DNA of 64,000 bases, from the NCBI RefSeq assembly GCF_009914755.1, contig NC_060937.1; one strand, given 5' to 3'. Of this stretch, positions 45,293-60,020 are shown piece after piece. Both the position numbers and the translations under genes were made by a program. This DNA comes from the human T2T-CHM13v2.0 reference genome, Homo sapiens. A model generated the notes under the pieces. That model worked only from the letters and a program-made list of their open reading frames with translations, was not told the origin of the DNA and ran no database searches. Position 1 is the first letter of the stretch. Each line of letters starts with the position of its first letter.

Positions 45293-46179
45293 AGAGGACA
45301 CTGGAAATTGACACCACACCTAGGCAAATTTTGTCACAAGTGATCACATTATCATATTTATGCTTCTAAAAGCCCATTCTTCTTTCTTAAAAATCATTTG
45401 GTCTCTCCCATGTGACCTACCTCTCCCCACACCTCTTCCCCTATTAAGATGGTATACAAGCTCCCAAACCTTACCATTTCTTTGGGTGTTCACCTTATTT
45501 TCCTGTGATATCCCCATGCACATGAAATTAAAAATTAATAAGTTTGTATATTTTTTCTCCTGTTAATCTGCCTGTCAGTTTATTTCAAAGAGTCAGTTAT
45601 GGAGTCTAGGAAAGTGAATAGAAAGTCAGTCTTTTCTTCCCTATAAAATTACTTATGCAATGAGGAAAAACAGCTTTTGTTTGTTTAGTTTATTTTAAGA
45701 GGATCCGCATAAATAATTTATTACCAGTAGACTTCCAGATATTAACATTGGTCCAGACAAACATTGAAGTATCTGAAGAAGTTCAAGTAGGTGCTGCCTT
45801 CTCCCATTACTGCAACAGCCCTGTTCTGATTCTCTACAATACACCACCCTGCAGAATATGAAGCCAATCTCCTCGCTTCATGTAATTCTAAGCATCAGAA
45901 GGCAAATGGTTTAGGAAAACTGGAACTTGCTGCTGAAAGATGTGAACTTAAATAAAAGTTGATTAGACTCAAGGTTTATTTTTGTGGTCTGTTACACAGC
46001 AATGACATTTGGTCATGCATTTTCATTCACTATTTGTTGGGAGATTATTCCATTCAAAGATTTCCAAGCTTTTGAGTAGCTTTAATGAGTTAAGATTCCA
46101 AAATCAAAGAAAAGTTTACTTTTTGGTACCTTGGCTACTTTATGCTCCAGGAACAAAGCCAAGGTCAAGGGAGGTGGTA

Positions 46180-46455
46180 TAGATAGGTAGAGAGATAGAT
46201 AGATACACACATATACATATGTAGATATCTATCAATTTCTCCAGTGTACTAAACTCCAAGCATACTCAGTCTGTGTACCTATATATTCACCACTTTGATG
46301 GGACTATTGCAATACGCACACGCACACGCCCTAGTATATGTATATATGCATATACACAAACACATACTACTTGATGTCAAGAGATGTATCTATATATACA
46401 TATGTACCTACACAGATATGTTTGTGCGTGTGTGTGAGCATAAATATTTATATAG
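46180..46455. repeat. Degenerate (GATA)/(TA)/(CA) low-complexity region
   Basis: atagataggtagagagatagatagatacacac; tatgtatatatgcatatacac. Confidence 0.7.
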
Positions 46456-46750
46456 AGAGAAAGTGGGAAAGAAAAAGAGAAAACAGAAAGTCAATGTTCT
46501 ATGTTAATTAGCATCCTGTGTTGGACACACATCTAATCTTAGGTGGATATTATAAAGTTGCTTTTTTAGCAGCTAATTTTGCATTGGTATTTCAAACCAA
46601 TTGAAATTTTGAATTGGTATTCTGCTTATCACTGAGAATTATATTAAACAGTACATAATAGGCATGAAAGAAATACTTGTGGTTGACTAGGCATGTGCTT
46701 CTGGTTGAATCATAAGAAAGTGAGTGAAATAACACAAGATTTGGAAATAG

Positions 46751-47122
<372 letters not shown>

Positions 47123-47166
47123 TAACACTTTTTAATCAAGCCGTTTAGTCATATTATTCTCTGCCT

Positions 47167-47441
47167 TCTCCCCCCGTCCCCCTCCGCCAGAGATAGAGTC
47201 TCGCTCTGTTGCCCAGGTTGGAGTGCAGTGGCACAATCTTGGCTCACTGCAACTTCCGCCTCCTGAGTTCAAGGGATTCTCCTGCCTCGGCCTCTCGAGT
47301 AGCTAATTTTTTTGTATTTTTAGTAGAGTTGGGGTTTTGTCATGTTGGCCAGGCTGGTCTCAACCTCCTGACCTCAAGTTATCTGCCCACCTCAGCATCT
47401 CAAAGTGCTGGGATTACAGGTGTGAGCCACCGCACCTGGCT
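47167..47441 (-). mobile_element. AluS with an internal deletion and a non-A tail
   Basis: gagtagct|aatttt junction; TSD tattct(c/g)tgcct. Confidence 0.9.
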
Positions 47442-47689
47442 TATTCTGTGCCTATTTAAAAGCAGCCTGCATTTTAGGCTTTTTGCCCATAACTTTACTA
47501 TAAGCAACAATGCCTAGCACATCACTCCTTTGTTGTTTTTTGTTTGTTTGTTTGTTTGTGTGTTTGAGTTTTCCTAATGTCCTAAGCTGTGTTTAGGTAA
47601 TATATCAGGCACTCAAGCAAAGGGCAGTATGCATTAGCATAATCCAACCTCAGTGATGCAGACATTAGCTCAAGCAGGGGAAGGGTGTT

Positions 47690-47850
47690 GGTCTAAGTCT
47701 GAGGCACTGGACTCCAGTCCTGACTTAACCAGGGCCTGGCTGTGTGTTCTTGGCCAAGGCTCATCATTTCTCTGAGTCTTCATTTTTTAATCTATAAAAT
47801 GAGAAGTTTGTCTCTACATGATCTCTAAGGCTCCTTTTAGCTTTAAAAGC
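47690..47850 (+). mobile_element. MIR
   Basis: ggctgtgtgttcttggccaag...ttctctgagtcttcatttttt aatctataaaatgag...atgatctctaagg. Confidence 0.75.
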
Positions 47851-48817
47851 CTTTGAAGTGAAATCATACAGAAACTGTCATTTGGAATAATTTAATATCC
47901 GTTTTCACAGATTTGGGGTCTAGATCAGTGACAGTGATCTGTTGGAGAAGAAGCCACTGTGTGGAAAATGCACTTGGCCATTCTGCATCCTGGAGGCAGG
48001 CACAGAGCTCCAGCAGCCCTCCGTTGGCCTCCTCAGAGAACATGTGGTTCCATGTCACAGGCAAAGGCAAGAACTCATCAAACAAAACACAGTGGCTTTG
48101 AAATGAGTGCTTGCCACAAATCACAATTTAACAAACCACCTAAATGGAATGGTGGTTTTCTCTCAGCAGCTCTTTCCCCTCTTTCTTTCAGCGAGTTGTA
48201 AATTCAAGAAGCTTGGGATGCTTCCACGTGGCCTAGGACATCCTCCGCCAATAACTCAGCCCCCGCGATGTATCACCGAGGTGCAGCTTTCACAGAAATT
48301 ACTTAATAAATCAGTGTTTGACATACATTTTTATTCCCTGGGGTTGTGCACTGAATATCCTCCACAGCTTTTGGGTTTATCACTCTTAAAGACATTGAGC
48401 TTAGAGATGGGATCACTTTGAATTCAACGAGGCATCAATTTAATGCTTTGACATAGGTAAGAATGTCATGAGACATATGCCGGTTTATTTGGGCATTTTA
48501 AAAGATAGCACAGGACAATGCCACTTTCCTTAAAAGGCACTGTCACAATCCTTTGTTCTTCCACCACAGTCTCTTGATAGGGCTTGCATCTGTCTTCACT
48601 CTATGTGCATTAATATTAGACAATTAGCACCCACAAAGCTCCAAATCTGCCAAGTCGAACAAAGAATGTGGTATTCAGCTCTTTGAGGATTCCATCAGAA
48701 ATAGTTCCCTGTTCTTTCTGGAAAGCTTTGTACAGAAATTGAGATATTGAGAAAAATAATATTTTGCACCTGTAAAACACAATCTTCAAATGTTTCAAAA
48801 ATATTAATTCTATAATA

Positions 48818-48900
48818 TTAGGTTGGTGCAAAAGTAATTGCCGTTTTTGCCGTTAAAAGGAAATTACTTTTGCACCACAATTACTTTTGCACCAAACTAA
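48818..48900. mobile_element. MADE1 (Hsmar1-derived mariner MITE), internally rearranged
   Basis: TTAGGTTGGTGCAAAAGTAATTG...AATTACTTTTGCACCAAACTAA terminal inverted repeats; flanking TA. Confidence 0.95.
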
Positions 48901-49045
48901 ATATTATAGAATTAATCCTAACGTCAGTATGAAGGGGTAAAAAAGTACTAACATTATTCTTTTATAGCTATAAAAGTCAAAGAGAAGTTACAGAAGTTCT
49001 CTAGAATTTTACTCCAAGTATGAAATTCATCAGGAAAAAGACTAA

Positions 49046-49334
<289 letters not shown>

Positions 49335-49461
49335 AAGACCAAGACTTGTTGGTTGTAGTGTATGTTGTTATGCTTTTATCTTTCGCGTTATTTCTATGTC
49401 ATCAGTCTCTTAACAACCGTTCCATGCAATATTGACTGAACACTTGCTAGCACAGGACACT

Positions 49462-49722
49462 CTAATAATAACCAATATTTATTGAGTACATATTGTATTC
49501 AGGCATTGTTATAAGCACTTTGCAAGTCTTAACTGATTGAAGTATCTTCACCACAACCTTTTGAGGTAGATACTATTATTCTCATTTTAAGGATGAAGAA
49601 ACTGAAACACACAGAGGTTGAATAATTTTGAATAAATTACTCAAAATCATCTAGCTAGTAAATGATAGAGCCAGGATTTGAACCCAGGTAGTCTGAGGCC
49701 AGTGTCCATGCTCTTCACCACT
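49462..49722 (-). mobile_element. Near full-length MIR
   Basis: atatttattgagtac...ctcattttaaggatgaagaaactgaaacac...gagccaggatttgaacccaggtagtctga. Confidence 0.88.
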
Positions 49723-50817
49723 CACCATGGATTCTCCCAACAGGAGTGGGTATTTGTGGGAGTGGACAAGGCAGTAGATTGTACCTTGACATCTAAAACT
49801 CAAAGGATGAGGATATCACAGGAAAGATGAAACTATGTTCAATGTACATACAAAGGAGAGAGGGATGAAGGACTGATGGTTATGGGATGATGAATTATTG
49901 TAATATTATAGGAAATTGGTCTTTTTAGATTCTCCAGATAAACTCTTGAGTATTAAATTTGTACTTTCATGATATTTACATGTAGGCACAGTGAATATTA
50001 TCACTATGCCAGTTAAACAGATTATCTACTCTGTGTGAAGAAACACTTTGAAGGTATTCTTCACAACTGCATGAACTTGTTAATAATAATTCATCTTCCT
50101 TCACTGTTAATTGGATTTTTTCTCCAATTGACCCAATCCTTCTGTTAATAAAATGACTGTATCTACATTTTGATTTATGACTAAAAGTTGTGCAAGGGCA
50201 GTAAGCGCCCCCTGAATCTACTAAATCTTCCCTAGCAAAAGCAATACTAAGTAACTTATGTGCATACCTGTCAGAATTAATTGGATTGCTAGTGAAAGAT
50301 TATGAAATGTCATTCATTGCCTTTTGAAATACTCATAATGTCAAGTTTACATTCTGCTGAGTCTTGTCTCCTCCTTGAATGATCTTTTCCAGAGTTAACT
50401 CTCGTTTTTTCTGAACTCCTTGTAGCTCTTTCAGCAAGTGCTTCTAGCATTAATTATAGCTTGCATTGTATATTCTTTGGCTTTACGTTTAGGAGTATTA
50501 TGTTTTTCTAAGCAATTTGTCATCATCACCAACATCATCATCTCAAGAAGTAAAATATCTGCTGTTTCTTAGTATGGTCAGTTTCTGCTAGCATTGGGCA
50601 CACAGGAGTGTGAATGAATAAATGCCGTGGACCTGGTTTGTCAGTGCTGGTTAACGATCTGCTGATGTTCTTAGGTGTAATTCAATCTGGTGGTCAGACC
50701 ACTGGGCTGGGAAATGGGAGGCCTGGATTTTATTTCCCATTATCTGTGACTTTGGATGTGTCATTTAAGCTCTCGTTTTCTTCCCAAATAACTTAGAGGA
50801 AGAGTCTTCATCTACAC

Positions 50818-50965
50818 CAGTACTTCTCAGCCTTCACTGCACATTGGAATCATAATGACATGGCCTCCCACTTCCAGAGATTTTTGACTTCATGCATCTG
50901 GGCTTGAGGGTTTTAAACAGCTCCTCAGGTGATTTTGAGATGCTGAAGTGCAGAAGAACTTGTCT
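50818..50965. mobile_element. MER5A-like relic
   Basis: cagtacttctcagccttcactgcacattggaatca...ttttaaacagctcctcaggtgatttt. Confidence 0.65.
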
Positions 50966-51149
50966 AGGGGATCTAAGAAGTGTTAATGAGATGCTAATAG
51001 CCTGGTGTAATACTCGTCACCACCCCATCACTACTCACCTCCAAGTTCTGTGGATTTGCTTCATGACTCTTTCTTACGTCTACCTCTTTCTCTGAATTTC
51101 TTGTGGCACTGTCTGGCATTATTTAAAAGTTCCTGCCTTATCATTTGCA

Positions 51150-51805
51150 AAATAAGTGTCAGGACAATTCTCATTCTCTGATCATCCTCCTGCCACATTG
51201 GTGGGCTTCTAAAAACACAAATATAATTGTGTTGACTTTAGGCTTAGAACTCTTGGCTGTGGAATTGAGTGCTAGCTCCTCAGAATGTCATGCTGGGTGG
51301 GCCCTACGTAATCTGCAACCTGCCTGCCTCCCTAACCACATGTTTCAACACATTCCCCTGGCACATCTATTTCCATCCATGATGTTCCATGTCTCTGTGC
51401 TTGTTCTTGTGATGCTGTGCTATCTTCCTAGGATAATTATCTTCTCCTTCCCCATGATTTGCTCATTAATCACCAACTATTCATCACTGAAGCTTCAGCT
51501 AAGATGTCATTTCTGTCAGGAAAACTTCCAGAACTTGTCTTAGTAGGCTTGATCTTCCCTCCTTTATGATAACTGGATATTTTACATATGTGTATGTATA
51601 TATATATAAAATATGTATGTATATATAATATATGTGCATATATATATATAACTACCCTTCTCATGCTATATTACAATTACTTACTTGCACACCTAATATT
51701 TGAGAATAAGAAGTATGTCTAGTTCATCATGTTTTCTTAGCACACATCATAAAATCTTGCACAGAGTAGAAACTAAAAACCTTGGTTGAACTAAACTGAA
51801 TTAAT
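51150..51805 (+). mobile_element. L2 3' fragment containing a (TA)n tract
   Basis: cttcagctaagatgtcatttc...ttgcacagagtag...gttgaactaaactgaa. Confidence 0.65.
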
Positions 51806-51858
51806 GTTAGTAAAGAGTTTGAAATTCCTTAAGAGTAAGTACAAATACGCTTGGCTTA

Positions 51859-52069
<211 letters not shown>

Positions 52070-54120
52070 GCCCATTTAATGGGTGGACTCCTCAAATCGA
52101 CTTTTTCTGAGATAATCTTAAGCACACATTCTGTCAAGGAATTTGTAAAGTTAATTGACTCCCTATTTGGCTTTTGTATAAATTCACATTTTATAGATTT
52201 TTTAAAATAATGTTTATTGAAGTTGACTGAACAAATATTTATTGGGTGTGCTCTGTGTGTAAGACACTGTTGTCGTCCTCAAGGAACTCAAGAGATACAG
52301 ATAGGTCAACAAGCAATTACAATTGTAGAATGATCAAATGGTGTGATAGGCATAAGCACAGACTTATTTTTATGGTCAATTAACCATCTCTTGGGTATCA
52401 GAATTCTACGAGTTTAAAAACGTTGAAGAGTGCATAATTATTTAATAATATTTATTTCAGTCTCTTTTTCCACCTTGATGCACACGAGTGCTGGCATGCA
52501 CACACCCAACACCCCCATGAGTAGACCTAGATCTTGACAAAACTGAAAACAATTTTGTGGGGCTAGTGAAACATCACAATCACTTAATTATCACACCATG
52601 ATTATAAATAGCACACTGCCAAATCAACCACTTCAGCTTTGGCAAACTTAGGCCATGGATTAAGACAATTCCGAGTATAATGGCTGAAATGTCATCCTTT
52701 TCTGTCCCACTCAAGGAAGCATGGTCAAACGGAAATTAATAAAAGTGATTTTATTGTAGGGAAAATCTTGCACACACTCAACATTTTTTTAAAGTAAATA
52801 ATTCACAAACCTTGATACTTCAGCTGTTAGTAGTAACAAATTCCTTGTGACATACTATAGAACTAATTGCAAGACACAAGAGACATAGGAGTGTCACATT
52901 ACCTATTTTTTTAGGAGGAAAAGAGAACTACTTCCTTTGTGTATTTGTGATACATTTAGTCTTGTAAAAATTTAGATTATATAGTTTTTTAGGAATACAT
53001 CCATGCATATTGTAACCAAGAGAAAGCCTGGTCCTTTAGGGAATTGGAAAGAACTCAAATTTAACTGTTGTTGCCAGTGTAGGGTAAGAAAATAGTTGTA
53101 ATTTTACTTCTTTGATGCCAATTCTATCTTCTTCCCTCAGTTATTTTTGTCGATCTGACTCTGAAACAGGAATCAGTCTACCATTGCATTTGTAGGAACC
53201 CTAATTTCAGTTCCTTTATCAGCACTGAAACTTCCCATATTTCCTTTCATTTCCCTAAGACCACACTACGGATTAATGGGCTAAGATGTGGTGATAATGA
53301 TAATGTAAAATATACACTCACATATAAATGAAAGTAACTACATTACTCAGAACATGCCAGGTATGAATGAGCTAAGGTCATTATACTGAGGTGATTTCAC
53401 TTAATCTGCAAAGTACATCAGTCATGTAATTAGGGCCATTAGTCTCAAAGGGCAGATTGGACACCTATACAGCTTAGCAAACAGTGTTTATAAGGGTCCT
53501 AGAAGTCCTAACTGTATCCAAAAACCCATCACAGTATAAAGATTTTTTAAATCTAGTAAAAAATAGAAATAAAATGCATACTGTTGAGATGGCACAATGA
53601 TCTTAGAACTCATGTTAAGATGTGAGACTGATAGTATGCTAGAACCATAGTGAACTCTCATTCTGTGTATGTTCACAGAGGAACACACTGAAGAATAAGG
53701 ACCATGAGTGATTACATGAATCTCATCTTTCAGGAACCAGCATATTATGGGGCTCAGTGTAGTATAAGGTCCTGCCTTCATTACTGAGAGAGATTTCTTT
53801 TCTAAAACTCCTAAGTCTACCCAGCTCATGGCTTTTCAAGCCCATTTAGAACACTTTTCAGGAGATATGGCTGCCAGAGTGTTTAAAGCTAATTTCCAAC
53901 CACTAGATTATGATAACCAGACTGTCACTGTACTCCTTAAATCAAACAAAACCTATAAAACTATTGCCATCAGATTTTTAATTGCCCCCGTAATTTTACC
54001 TGACTCCATACAAGTATTTCGTTAGGCAGAAGGAAGTAGAGTTTTTCAAATTCCATAATCCACTGTAGCCCTCCAAAATATACTGTAATATGCCATGTAT
54101 CAGAATGTTGAATGTTAAAA

Positions 54121-54189
54121 GAAATATATATGTGTGTGTATATATATATATTTGTGTATATATACATATATATACATACATATATATAC

Positions 54190-54226
<37 letters not shown>

Positions 54227-54584
54227 AATGTATATATATGTATTTGTTTGTTTGTTTCCATGTCCCTCTTCACTGGCCAATGAAAGAAGATCAGATTAAT
54301 TCTCTTATACAAAAGTATGCTGAAAATAATTTTTTTGTAGAGTATATATATATATATATATACATGTATATATATATAAATATATATATATACATGTATA
54401 TATATATAAATATATATATACATGTATATATATATAAATATATATATATACATGTATATATATATAAATATATATATATATTTGTTTGTTTGTTTCCATG
54501 TCCCTCTTCACCCGCCAATGAGAGAAGATCAGATTAATTCTCTTATACAAAAGTATTCTGAAAATAACTTTTTTTTGTAGAGTA
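54121..54584. repeat. Tandem duplication (~238-bp period) of (TA)-rich microsatellite plus ~103-bp unique sequence
   Basis: tttgtttgtttgtttccatgtccctcttcac...tttttgtagagta at 54243-54344 and 54481-54584. Confidence 0.95.
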
Positions 54585-54981
54585 AAAGTCAGTTTCCTTT
54601 TTACAATAACAAATGTAACATGTTACTCATGGAAATATAATATAATTGCCTTCAGAAAAAGGGCAATTTTTTTTATTTCTCCACTCTCTGTTATCATTTT
54701 AAAAATACTTGATGAATTTTTGGCTACACAGAGAAGAATAGCCTTGGCTCAATGTTATGGTTTTAAATTGAAAGGACAAGGCTAGGACTGAAATCCTGTA
54801 ATGCATAATCTGGAAACAAATGGATATTTTCTTGACACGAGGATTATTTTTTGAAACTTTCCATTGCTTTTTATGTTTTTTGTGCCTCATTTTCCCATTT
54901 CCCTCTATCAATGCAGTGAAACCTGACTTCCATGTATGTTGGGTACTGACCTGAAAGCAGTTTGTTCTGTATGGACCATTA

Positions 54982-55420
<439 letters not shown>

Positions 55421-55959
55421 TTACATTTTCTGAGGTTGTTTTACATAATTACATAGAAGTGCTCACATCTTGCTTTTTTCCCCAAACCAGATAAGAAGTT
55501 TTGTTTCAATTCAAATTCATGCGTAAGATGATTTTTTAAAGACCATGATCATGCAATGAAATAGAAATATAGTAGGAAGTAGCAAAATCATCTTATCCTT
55601 TTTCTAAAACTTGTATCTCACCTGATTTCAAGCCACAGATATAAAATTGAATTTTGATCATTTAAACCTAATCCAAAGTTTACTTTTGGAGATTAAGTTG
55701 TTACCTTCTGACATAAGCCCTAAGTGGAATCTGGTTTTAGAGAGAAAGAGGAGTGAGGTATTACTTTCCCTCTTCTTGTACTATAGTTCTCATTTTCCCC
55801 CCTAAGAGGACCTCTGATCTGTGTGAGAAAGTCATTTTTAACCAGCATGCAGATGGACAGTGAATGGGTCCTAAGGTCCTCTAGCACAGGCCACATCCAT
55901 TTCTGTTCAGCAACAGATTTAGCTTTGGGGGTCATTAAATATCAGCAATAAGTGATTTT

Positions 55960-56240
55960 CCCCTTCTTCATTTATTCAGCATCTGCATTGGGCCAGGCTT
56001 ATGCTAAGTGTGGGCATGCAATGTTAGGCAAAAGCAGACAGGACCCCTGCTCTCATGGAGCTTACAGTCAAGTGCACCAAAGAGACATTAATCAAGTAAT
56101 CAGCCATATAAATATAATGTAATGTAAGTAAGTGCTAAGAAAGTGGATGCTTGGTTCAATGAAAACATTGCTAGAAAATCTGACCTCATTAAGGAGGTCA
56201 ACCGAGGCTTGTTGAAGAAATGAGGACGAGGCCAAGATTT
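55960..56240 (-). mobile_element. L2 3' fragment
   Basis: ttcatttattcagca...cccctgctctcatggagcttacagtc. Confidence 0.75.
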
Positions 56241-56734
56241 GAAGACCGGGGTCTCGTACTGAAAGGTCAAGCACAAAGTAGAAATAGAAATCTAGGCAGT
56301 TGAGGCCTGACTTCCTTCTATATCTCTACTGTTGGACATTTTACTTGTATTATCTAGGTAATTGAAACAAAAGATTCTGAAGGTCATCACTAAACTGGGA
56401 AATGTCCTAAATATCTAAAGCTGGAGAAATTATTTCCCCAAATCTGCTTGCCTGCAAAAAGCAGCAAGACTATAAAAATATTATGGAAGACACTCAGGTG
56501 AATGGTACAAAGGACACTATTTATCACCTTTCTTCGTTTGCTCTTTAGATGAGGGCCAGCCGGCCCAGCATGTTTTGGAGCAATTTCTGTTCTAGTTCAT
56601 GAACACAGGAATGCCACTGGGGTTCGGTGGTCTCGGCAGCACCCCAGTTCACTGCGGTTTAGCTAAGACACTCCTTCTCCTCTGGCCTCCAGTTACAGGG
56701 GACCTGGGGTTTAACTGCCAGAGCTCCTTATTAG

Positions 56735-57047
<313 letters not shown>

Positions 57048-57544
57048 AGCTGTTTTAACTATCCTCCACTCCAAGATGATCTGCCCATCTGTGACTTTGT
57101 GAAGTAATGCCCTAGCTAATTCTTTGTGCTGTGCTTTTTTGTGTTGATTTTTCATTAACATTCAGGTTGATTTTGCTAAGGAAACACGGTGTTCATGGTT
57201 GAGTCAACATGAACAGTTAGGAGAGAAGCAAATGGCTTGTTAGGACCCAAGAACACACAGAGCTGATGTTTCCAACGTGTTTTCTTTCCTTTTGTATCCA
57301 GCTGCCTGAGCCTGGGGCAGGCAGCAGAGGCCAGCCGTGACCAATCTCTTCAAAGTGCACCTTCAAAGGACAGAGCGAGCCTATTTCATCAGCAAGCCAG
57401 AAACAACGGTGCTACAACCAGCTTCTAAAATAGAGGGAACCTCGGAGGAGGTTTAAGATGTGTTGCTAGAGGGCAGTGTTTCTGAAGTTCATTGGGAAGG
57501 AGCCATATTTGGAATGACATCTGCTGTTTTATTGAAAAGTCAGA

Positions 57545-57913
57545 GTAATAAATTATAACTACTATTTATCGAGGGCATATTAGGTACCAAGCTGTGTGGT
57601 AAGTGTTTTATTTCCTCTTGTGTTCACATCAACATGGTAAGTTAGTCAAAATAATTATCCTCTTTTCACAGATAAGAGAAAAAAATTTAAAATGGTTAAA
57701 TGATAACAATAGGAACAGGAATCTAGCTAAGCATTTTTCAGGTATTATATTGTTTAGCTCCCAATTGGTCTATACCATAGGTATGAGTACAGTCCTCATT
57801 TTGAAGATGAGGAAACTGAGGCAAAAAGAGGTTAGGTCTCATGCTCAAGATCACAGAGTTTGTAAGCTGCAGAACCATGGGCTGAACAAGGTCAGTCCAA
57901 CTCCAGCCCATTC
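57545..57913 (-). mobile_element. Two adjacent MIR fragments
   Basis: cttttcacagataagaga; ctcattttgaagatgaggaaactgaggca...gctcaagatcacag. Confidence 0.72.
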
Positions 57914-57914
57914 C

Positions 57915-58230
57915 TTTTTTTTTTTTTTTTTTTTTTGAGACGGAGTTTCATTCTGTTGCCCAGGCTAGAGTGCAGTGGTGCGATCTCAGCTCACTGCAAC
58001 CTCCACCTCCCAGATTTAAGCAATTCTCTGCCTCAGCCTCCTGAGTAGCTGGGATTACAGGCACCTGCCACCACGCCCGGCTTCTTTTTTTTTTTTTTTT
58101 TTGGTATTTTTAGTAGAAACGGGGTTTCACCATCTTTGCCAGGCTGATCTTGAATTCCTGTCCTCGTGATCCACCCTACCTTGGCCTCCCAAAGTGCTGG
58201 GATTACAGGTATGAGCCACCGCACCCAGCC
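57915..58230 (-). mobile_element. AluS with an expanded middle T-tract
   Basis: TSD tc(c/t)agcccattc. Confidence 0.95.
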
Positions 58231-58865
58231 TCTAGCCCATTCTCTTAAACATTCCTTCCTTCTTTGGCTAGAAAAGAAAAGGATTAAATATGCAATTGTT
58301 TTTCCTGCCCTGCATGGGCATTAGTAAGTGATAGAGTATGAACCTAAGCTCTCTATGCAAATTATTTTTAGTGACAGTAGTGAGAGAATTAAAAATTATC
58401 AGAGGAGAATGCTGTTGTCCTAAAAATTAAAGCATAATATTTCTCACAGATACAAGACAAATTCTCCAGAATTGGTATATAAAATTCTCCATTCTTTAAT
58501 AGCATAGCTTCTTAGAACTCCTTAAAAAGATGGAAGTGCTGCTTTCCTGTTGTTTTCAAAAATGAGATTGATGAGGTTATGCCCACACCGTTCTTATGCA
58601 ACTTTATAACCCAAGTTAAATTTCCCAGAAATGGACACCAAAGTACTGCTGCTGCCATCTTGATAACATACTTATGAGACATTTTGGCCAATTTTCTTAA
58701 AATTATTCACGATGACTCAAAGCTACACAGGCAGTGGGTTTAGGAGTTTTGTTTTTTTTGTTGTTTTTTTTCAGTCTGCTGACAAAAGGTAGTTTGCTGA
58801 TATTTTGTTCAATCATGGTGAACACTCACAGAGCACTGCATTTGTGGTAAGTGAAGTTATTCCTA

Positions 58866-59368
<503 letters not shown>

Positions 59369-60020
59369 TTAAAAATTTTCTGGAAGTAAAATTTAATTGA
59401 TACCTACTAGTACCTAGCTGCAGGCACTATTGTGTTCCAGAGACATATTAAAGAAGCTGAGAAGCTCAAACTCAATAAATCACTTTAAAAACTAGCCTCT
59501 ATCTATACCTAATCTAAAATACCCAAAAGCCTTCCAGATTATATAACAAACTTGGCTCTCACTGGCTGCCAGGTAGGAACAATGGCCCTGTAGTCAATGA
59601 GATGACAAGGAGGGGGATGACAACAAAAGCTTTTTGCCATTTCAAGTGTCACTTCTGAACTAAGCCTTCTCTTAGTCTTTGAAACAAAGAAGAAAGGAAT
59701 TTCCCAATGCCTTAGCAAAGATTCATGTTCACTGGCATTTGTGACCCTCTGGATTGCTTACATGTGCACTTTTTCTTTAAAACAATCACGTAAATTTAGT
59801 TCATTAGTTTTGATTAAGCGTAAGAGTAAACTTAGAAGGGATGCTGTATTGAAAAGCATTTGTGTTTCTTAGCCCCTGCAACAGAGGAGGTAGTCACTGG
59901 AGGTTCTGAGATGAAAGAGGTCACTTAACCTTTCGCTATCAATAGTTTCTAGAACAATTCTGATTACCTTCGAATACCTGTTTGAAATAGCAGAGGAGCT
60001 GATTACTTAGGTTTTTCTCT

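Larger units (their letters stand above)
42717..45645 (+). mobile_element. MER34-like ERV1 solo LTR (outer shell of the nested complex; pieces 42717-42801, 44871-45046, 45293-45645)
   Basis: Duplicated gaatat..taccccaaa(a/g)tat start; resumes ttattttgagctgagggcacttga; ends aataagtttgtat...cctgttaatctgcc...cttccctata. Confidence 0.78.

Noticed and set aside
53970-54550. Overlapping YI-rich ORFs in several frames
   Set aside because: (TA)n repeats lack stop codons; artefact.
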